From contig OZ024742.1 in NCBI GenBank assembly GCA_964016885.1, positions 320,788,001-320,852,000 on the forward strand: 64,000 nt of DNA, given 5' to 3'. Below, piece after piece: positions 55,401-64,000 of the stretch (position 1 is its first letter; every line of letters starts with the position of its first letter). The notes under the pieces are model-generated. The model was not told the origin of the DNA. It searched no databases and saw only the letters and a list, made by a program, of their open reading frames with translations. This DNA is from Eledone cirrhosa. Taxonomy: Eukaryota. The translations under genes were made by a program, and so were the position numbers.

Positions 55401-58400
55401 CACCTCTGTGTAGGAACACCTCTGTGTAGGAACACCTTTAGTGTAGGAACACCTCTAGTGTAGGAACACCTCTAGAGTAGGAACACCTCTAGTGTAGGAA
55501 CACCTTTAGTCTAGGACACCTCTAGTGTAGGAACACCTCTAGTGTAGCAACACCTCTAATGTAGGAACACCTCTAGTGTAGGAACACCTCCGTGTAGGAA
55601 CACCTCTAGTGTAGGAACACCTCCGTGTCAGAACACCTCTAGTGTAGGAACACCTCCGTGTCAGAACACCTCTAGTGTAGGAACACCTCTAGTGTAGGAA
55701 CACCTCTGTGTAGGAACACCTCTGTGTAGGAACACCTCTAGTGTAGGAACACCTCTAGTGTAGGAACACCTCTGTGTAGGAACACCTCTGTGTAGGAACA
55801 CATTTAGTGTAGGAACACCTCTAGTGTAGGAACACCTTTAGTGTAGGAACACCTCTAGTGTAGGAACACCTCTAGTATAGCAACACCTCTAATGTAGGAA
55901 CACCTCTAGTGTAGGAACACCTCCGTGTAGGAACACCTCTAGGGTAGGAACACCTCCGTGTCAGAACACCTCTAGTGTAGGAACACCTCTAGTGTAGGAA
56001 CACCTCTAGTGTAGGAACACCTCTAGTGTAGGAACACCTCTAGTGTAGGAACACCTCTAGTGTAGGAACACCTCTAGTGTAGGAACACCTCTGTGTAGGA
56101 ACACCTCTGTGTAGGAACACCTTTAGTGTAGGAACACCTCTAGTGTAGGAACACCTTTAGTGTAGGAACACCTCTAGTGTAGGAACACCTCTAGTGTAGC
56201 AACACCTCTAATGTAGGAACACCTCTAGTGTAGGAACACTTCTAGTGTAGGAACACGTCTAGTGTAGGAACACTTCTAGTGTAGGAACACCTTTAGTGTA
56301 GGAACACCTCTAGTGTAGGAACACTTCTAGTGTAGGAACACCTTTAGTGTAGGAACACCTCTGTGTAGGAACACCTTTAGTGTAGGAACACCTCTAGTGT
56401 AGGAACACTTCTAGTGTAGGAACACCTCTACTGTAGGAACACCTTTAGTGTAGGAACACCTCTGTGTAGGAACACCTCTAGTGTAGGAACACCTCTAGTG
56501 TAGGAACACTTTTAGTGTAGGAACACCTCTGTGTAGGAACACCTCTAGTGTCGGAACACCTTTAGGGTAGGAACACCTCTAATGTAGGAACACCTCTAGT
56601 GTAGGAACACCTCTAGTGTAGGAACACCTCTAGTGTAGGAACACCTTTAGTGTAGGAACACCTCTGTGTAGAAACACTTCTAGTGTAGGAACACCTCCAG
56701 TGTAGGAACACCTCTAGTGTAGGAACACCTGTGTGTAGGAACACCTCTAGTGTAGGAACACCTCTGTGTAGGAACACATTTAGTGTAGGAACACCTCTGT
56801 GTAGGAACACCTCTAGTGTAGGAATACCTCTATTGTAGGAACACCTCTAGTGTAGGAACACCTCTGTGTAGGAACACCTTTAGTGTAGGAACACCTCTAG
56901 TGTAGGAATACCTCTAGTGTAGGAACACCTCTAGTGTAGGAACACCTCTGTGTAGGAACACCTTTAGTGTAGGAACACCTCTAGTGTAGGAACACCTCTA
57001 GTGTAGGAACACCTCTAGTGTAGGAACACCTCTAGTGTAGGAACACCTCTAGTGTAGGAACACCTCTGTGTAGGAACCCCTCTGTGTAGGAACACCTTTA
57101 GTGTAGGAACACCTCTAGTGTAGGAACACCTTTAGTGTAGGAACACCTCTAGTGTAGGAACACCTCTAGTGTAGCAACACCTCTAATGTAGGAACACCTC
57201 TAGTGTAGGAACACCTCCGTGTAGGAACACCTCTAGTGTAGGAACACCTCCGTGTCAGAACACCTCTAGTGTAGGAACACCTCTAGTGTAGGAACACCTC
57301 TGTGTAGGAACACCTCTGTGTGGGAACACCTTTAGTGTAGGAACACCTCTAGTGTAGGAACACCTCTAGTGTAGGAACACCTCTAGTGTAGGAACACCTC
57401 AGTGTAGGAACACCTCTAGTTGAGGAACACCTCTGTGTAGGAACCCCTCTAGTGTAGGAACACCTCCGTGTAGGAACACCTCTAGTGTAGGAACACCTCC
57501 GTGTAGGAACACCACTAGTGTAGGAACACCTCTAGCGTAGGAACACCTCTAGTGTAGGAACACCACTAGTGTAGGAACACCACTAGTGTAGGAACACCTC
57601 TAGTGTAGGAACACCTCCGTGTAGGAACAGCTCTAGTGTAGGAACACCTCTGTGTAGGAACACCTTTAGTGTAGGAACACCTCTAGTGTAGGAACACCTC
57701 CGTGTAGGAACACCTCTAGTGTAGGAACACCTCTAGTGTAGGAACACCTCCGTGTAGGAACACCTCTAGTGTAGGAACACCTCTAGTGTAGGAACACCTC
57801 TAGTGTAGGAACACCTCTGTGTAGGAACACCTCTGTGTAGGTACACCTCTAGTTTAGGAACACCTCTGTGTAGGAACACCTCTGTGTAGGAACACCTTTA
57901 GTGTAGGAACACCTCTAGTGTAGGAACACCTCTAGTGTAGGAACACCTCTAGTGTCGGAACACCTCTAGTGTAGGAACACCTCTAGTGTAGGAACACCTC
58001 TAGTGTAAGAACACCTCTAGTGTAGGAACACCTCCGTGTAGGAACACCTCTAGTGTAGGAACACCTTTAGTGTAGGAACACCTCTGTGTAGGAACACCTC
58101 TAGTGTAGGAACACCACTAGTGTAGGAACACCTCTAGTGTAGGAACACCTCCGTGTAGGAACACCTCTAGTGTAGGAACACCTCTAGTGTAAGAACACCT
58201 CTAGTGTAGGAACACCTCCGTGTAGGAACACCTCTAGTGTAGGAACACCTTTAGTGTAGGAACACCTCTGTGTAGGAACACCTCTAGTGTAGGAACACCA
58301 CTAGTGTAGGAACACCTCTAGTGTAGGAACACCTCCGTGTAGGAACACCTCTAGTGTAGGAACACCTTTAGTGTAGGAACACCTCTGTGTAGGAACACCT

Positions 58401-61400
58401 CTAGTGTAGGAACACCACTAGTGTAGGAACACCTCTAGTGTAGGAACACCTCCGTGTAGGAACACCTCTAGTGTAGGAACACCTCTAGTGTAGGAACACC
58501 TCTAGTGTAGGAACACCTCTAGTGTCGGAACACCTCTGTGTAGGAACACCTCCGTGTAGGAACACCTCTAGTGTAGGAACACCTCCGTGTAGGAACACCT
58601 CTAGTGTAGGAACACCTCTAGTGTAGGAACACCTCTGTGTAGGAACACCTCTGTGTAGGTACACCTCTAGTGTAGGAACACCTCTGTGTAGGAACACCTC
58701 TGTGTAGGAACACCTTTAGTGTAGGAACACCTCTGGTGTAGGAACACCTCTGGTGTAGGAACACCTCTGTGTAGGAACACCTCTAGTGTAGGAACACCTC
58801 TGTGTAGGAACACCTCTAGTGTAGGAACACCTCTGTGTAGGAACACCTCTAGTGTAGGAACACCTTTAGTGTAGGAACACCTCTAGTGTAGGAACACCTC
58901 TAGTGTAGGAACACCTTTAGTGTCGGAACACCTTTAGTGTAGGAACACCTTTAGTGTAGGAACACCTCTAAAGTAGGAACACCTCTAGTGTCGGAACACC
59001 TTTAGTGTAGGAACACCTTTAGTGTAGGAACACCTCTCGTGCAGGAACACCTCTAGTGTAGGAACACCTCTAATGTAGGAACACCTCTAGTGTAGGAACA
59101 CCTCTTGTGTAGGAACACCTCTACTGTAGGAACACCTCTAGTGTAGGAACACCTCTGTGTAGGAACACCTTTAGTGTAGGAACACCTCTAGTGTCGGAAC
59201 ACCTCTAGTGTAGGAACACCTCTAGTGTAGGAACACCTCTGTGTAGGAACACCTCTGTGTAGGAACACCTCTAGTGTAGGAACACCTCTAATGTAGGAAC
59301 ACCTCTACTGTAGGAACACCTCTAGTGTAGGAACACCTTTAGTGTAGGAACACCTCTGTGTAGGAACACCTTTAGTGTAGGAACACCTCTAGTGTCGGAA
59401 CACTTCTGTGTAGGAACACCTCTTGTGTAGGAACACCTTTAGTGTAGGAACACCTCTGTGTAGGAACACCTTTAGTGTAGGAACACCTCTAGTGTAGGAA
59501 CACCTCTGTGTAGGAACACCTTTAGTGTAGGAACACCTCTAGTGTAGGAACACCTCTGTGTAGGAACACCTCTAGTGTAGGAACACCTCTACTGTAGGAA
59601 CACCTCTAGTGTAGGAACACCTCTTGTGTAGGAACACCTCTGTGTAGGAACACCTCTGTGTAGGAATACCTCTAATGTAGGAACACCTCTAGTGTAGGAA
59701 CACCTCTTGTGTAGGAACACCTCTAGTGTAGGAACACCTTTAGTGTATGAACACCTCTAGTGTAGGAACACCTCTGTGTAGGAACACCTCTAATGTAGGA
59801 ACACCTCTAGTGTAGGAACACCTCTTGTGTAGGAACACGTCTAGTGTAGGAACACCTTTAGTGTCGGAACACCTCTAGTGTAGGAACACCTCTAGTGTCG
59901 GAACACCTCTAGTGTAGGAACACCTCAGTGTCGGACACCTCTGTGTAGGAACACCTTTAGTGTAGGAACACCTCTCTGTAGGAACACCTTTAGTGTAGGA
60001 ACACCTCTAGTGTAGGAACACCTCTCTGTAGGAACACCTCTAGTGTAGGAAAACCTCTAGTGTAAGAACACCTCTAGTGTAGGAACACCTCCGTGTAGGA
60101 ACACCTCTAGTGTAGGAACACCTCTGTGTAGGAACACCTCTAGTGTAGGAACACCTCTAGTGTAGGAAAACCTCTAGTGTAAGAACACCTCTAGTGTAGG
60201 AACACCTCTAGTGTAAGAACACCTCTAGTGTAGGAAAACCTCTAGTGTAAGAACACCTCTAGTGTAGGAACACCTCTAGTGTAGGAACACCTCCGTGTAG
60301 GAACACCTCTAGTGTAGGAACACCTCCGTGTAGGAACACCTCTAGTGTAGGAACACCTTTAGTGTAGGAACACCTCTGTGTAGGAACACCTCTAGTGTAG
60401 GAACACCACTAGTGTAGGAACACCTCTAGTGTAGGAACACCTCCGTGTAGGAACACCTCTAGTGTAGGAACACCTCTAGTGTATGAACACCACTAGTGTA
60501 GGAACACATCTAGTGTAGGAACACCTCCGTGTAGGAACACCTCTAGTGTAGGAACACCTCTAGTGTAGGAACACCTCTGTGTAGGAACACCTCTAGTGTA
60601 GGAACACCTTTAGTGTAGGAACACCTCTGTGTAGGAACACATCTATGTGTAGGAACACCTCTAATGTAGGAACACCTCTAGTGTAGGAACACCTCTAGTG
60701 TAGGAACACCTCTGTGTAGGAAGACCTCTGTGTAGGAACACCTCTAGTGTAGGAACACCTCTAGTGTAGGAACACCTCTAGTGTAGGAACACCTCTAGTG
60801 TAGGAACACCTCCGTGTAGGAACACCTCTAGTGTAGGAACACCTCTAGTGTAGGAACACCTCCGTGTAGGAACACCTCTAGTGTAGGAACACCTCTAGTG
60901 TAGGAACACCTCTGTGTAGGAACACCTCTGTGTAGGTACACCTCTAGTGTAGGAACACCTCTGTGTAGGAACACCTCTGTGTAGGAACACCTTTAGTGTA
61001 GGAACACCTCCGGTGTAGGAACACCTCTGGTGTAGGAACACCTCTGTGTAGGAACACCTCTAGTGTAGGAACACCTCTGTGTAGGAACACCTCTAGTGTA
61101 GGAACACCTCTGTGTAGGAACACCTCTAGTGTTAGAACACCTTTAGTGTAGGAACACCTCTAGTGTAGGAACACCTCTAGTGTAGGAACACTTTTAGTGT
61201 CGGAACACCTTTAGTGTAGGAACACCTTCAGTGTAGGAACACCTCTAAAGTAGGAACACCTCTAGTGTCGGAACACCTTTAGTGTAGGAACACCTTTAGT
61301 GTAGGAACACCTCTAGTGCAGGAACACCTCTAGTGTAGGAACACCTCTAATGTAGGAACACCTCTAGTGTAGGAACACCTCTTGTGTAGGAACACCTCTA

Positions 61401-64000
61401 CTGTAGGAACACCTCTAGTGTAGGAACACCTCTGTGTAGGAACACCTTTAGTGTAGGAACACTTCTAGTGTCGGAACACCTCTAGTGTAGGAACACCTCT
61501 AGTGTAGGAACACCTCTGTGTAGGAACACCTCTGTGTAGGAACACCTCTAGTGTAGGAACACCTCTAATGTAGGAACACCTCTACTGTAGGAACACCTCT
61601 AGTGTAGGAACACCTCTAGTGTAGGAACACCTCTGTGTAGGAACACCTTTAGTGTAGCAACACCTCTAGTGTAGGAACACCTCTAGTGTAGGAACACCTC
61701 TAGTGTAGGAACACCTCTAGTGTAGGAACACCTCTAGTGTAGGAACACCTCTAGTGTAGGAACACCTCTAGTGTAGGAACACCTCCGTGTAGGAACACCT
61801 CTAGTGTAGGAACACCTCTAGTGTAGGAACACCTCTGTGTAGGAACACCTCTGTGTAGGTACACCTCTAGTGTAGGAACACCTCTGTGTAGGAACACCTC
61901 TGTGTAGGAACACCTTTAATGTAGGAACACCTCTAGTGTAGGAACACCTCTGGTGTAGGAACACCTCTGTGTAGGAACACCTCTAGTGTAGGAACACCTC
62001 TGTGTAGGAACACCTCTAGTGTAGGAACACCTCTGTGTAGGAACACCATTAGTGTAGGAACACCTCTAGTGTCGGAACACCTCTAGTGTAGGAACACCTC
62101 TAGTGTAGGAACGCCTCTGTGTAGGAACACCATTAGTGTAGGAACACCTCTAGTGTAGGAACACCTCTAGTGTAGGAACACCTCTGTGTAGGAACACCTT
62201 TAGTGTAGGAACACCTTTAGTGTAGGAACACCTCTAGTGTAGGAACACCTCTACTGTAGGAACACCTCTAGTGTAGGAACACCTCTTGTGTAGGAACACC
62301 TCTGTGTAGGAACACCTCTGTGTAGGAACACCTCTAATGTAGGAACACCTCTAGTGTAGGAACACCTCTTGTGTAGGAACACCTCTAGTGTAGGAACACC
62401 TCTAGTGTAGGAATACCTCTAGTGTAGGAACACCTCTAGTGTAGGAACACCTTTAGTGTAGGAACACCTCTAGTGTCGGAACACCTCTAGTGTAGGAACA
62501 CCTCTAGTGTCGGAACACCTCTAGTGTAGGAACACCTCTAGTGTCGGAACACCTCTAGTGTAGGAACACCTCTGTGTAGGAACACCTTTAGTGTAGGAAC
62601 ACCTCTAGTGTAGGAACACCTCTAGTGTAGGAACACCTCTAGTGTCGGAACACCTCTAGTGTAGGAACACCTCTAGTGTAGGAACACCTCTAGTGTAAGA
62701 ACACCTCTAGTGTAGGAACACCTCTAGTGTAGGAACACCTCAGGTGTAAGAACACCTCTAGTGTAGGAACACCTCTAGTGTAGGAACACCACTGTGTAGG
62801 AACACCTTTAGTGTAGCAACACCTCTAGTGTAGGAACACCTCTAGTGTAGGAACACCTCTAGTGTAGGAACACCTCTAGTGTAGGAACACCTCCGTGTAG
62901 GAACACCTCTAGTGTAGGAACACCTCTAGTGTAGGAACACCTCCGTGTAGGAACACCTCTAGTGTAGGAACACCTCTGTGTAGGAACACCTCTGTGTAGG
63001 TACACCTCTAGTGTAGGAACACCTCTGTGTAGGAAGACCTCTGTGTAGGAACACCTTTAGTGTAGGAACACCTCTGGTGTAGGAACACCTCTGGTGTAGG
63101 AACACCTCTGTGTAGGAACACCTCTAGTGTAGGAACACCTCTGTGTAGGAACACCTCTAGTGTAGGAACACCTCTGTGTAGGAACACCTCTAGTGTAGGA
63201 ACACCTTTAGTGTAGGAACACCTCTAGTGTAGGAACACCTCTATTGTAGGAACACCTTTAGTGTCGGACCACCTTTAGTGTAGGAACACCTTTAGTGCAG
63301 GAACACCTCTAAAGTAGGAACACCTCTAGTGTCGGAACACCTTTAGTGTAGGAACACCTTTAGTGTAGGAACACCTCTAGTGTAGGAACACCTCTAGTGT
63401 AGGAACACCTCTAATGTAGGAACACCTCTAGTGTAGGAACACCTCTTGTGTAGGAACACCTCTACTGTAGGAACACCTCTAGTGTAGGAACACCTCTGTG
63501 TAGGAACACCTTTAGTGTAGGAACACCTCTAGTGTCGGAACACCTCTAGTGTAGGAACACCTCTAGTGTAGGAACACCTCTGTATAGGAACACCTCTAGT
63601 GTAGGAACACCACTGTGTAGGAACACCTTTAGTGTAGCAACACCTCTAGTGTAGGAACACCTCTAGTGTAGGAACACCTCTAGTGTAGGAACACCTCTAG
63701 TGTAGGAACACCTCCGTGTAGGAACACCTCTAGTGTAGGAACACCTCTAGTGTAGGAACACCTCCGTGTAGGAACACCTCTAGTGTAGGAACACCTCTAG
63801 TGTAGGAACACCTCTGTGTAGGAACACCTCTGTGTAGGTACACCTCTAGTGTAGGAACACCTCTGTGTAGGAACACCTCTGTGTAGGAACACCTTTAGTG
63901 TAGGAACACCTCTGGTGTAGGAACACCTCTGGTGTAGGAACACCTCTGTGTAGGAACACCTCTAGTGTAGGAACACCTCTGTGTAGGAACACCTCTAGTG
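49412..64000. repeat. 16/17-bp satellite (GTGTAGGAACACCTCTA / GTGTAGGAACACCTCT / ...CCTTTA)n, more than 14.5 kb, runs off the right edge of the window
   Basis: Tandem units read directly; diagnostic variants recur in 2.0-2.6 kb blocks. Confidence 0.98.

Noticed and set aside
49412-64000. CRISPR-like array, or coding VFLHRGVPTL repeats
   Set aside because: There are no unique spacers (the linkers are 4-5 nt variants), no cas genes, the context is eukaryotic, and mixed 16/17-bp units break the frame.

Overview
Repeat-dominated eukaryotic DNA with no host protein-coding gene that I can support. The SINE types and the dense (TA)n, (CA)n and (TACA)n runs suggest a coleoid cephalopod such as Octopus; this is an inference. 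Layout: (i) 1-26.4 kb is a G/T-rich minisatellite whose unit switches from 15 bp to 18 bp at about 5130; (ii) 26.6-49.4 kb is a transposon island containing an R4/Dong-like RLE fragment, a decayed Tx1/L1 element, many tRNA-derived SINEs, hAT, mariner and Helitron remnants, and a Penelope-like GIY-YIG ORF; (iii) 49.4-64 kb is a 16/17-bp satellite with higher-order repeats. The most notable signal lies at 35.3-46.9 kb: at least five unrelated sequence families each carry a type I hammerhead ribozyme motif (CUGANGA...GAAA...UH) with a palindromic loop-less stem III and an extended stem II. They are arranged as fold-back or direct repeats inside (TA)n runs, and one family is physically linked to the GIY-YIG ORF. 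Nearly all long ORFs in the ORF track are repeat translations.
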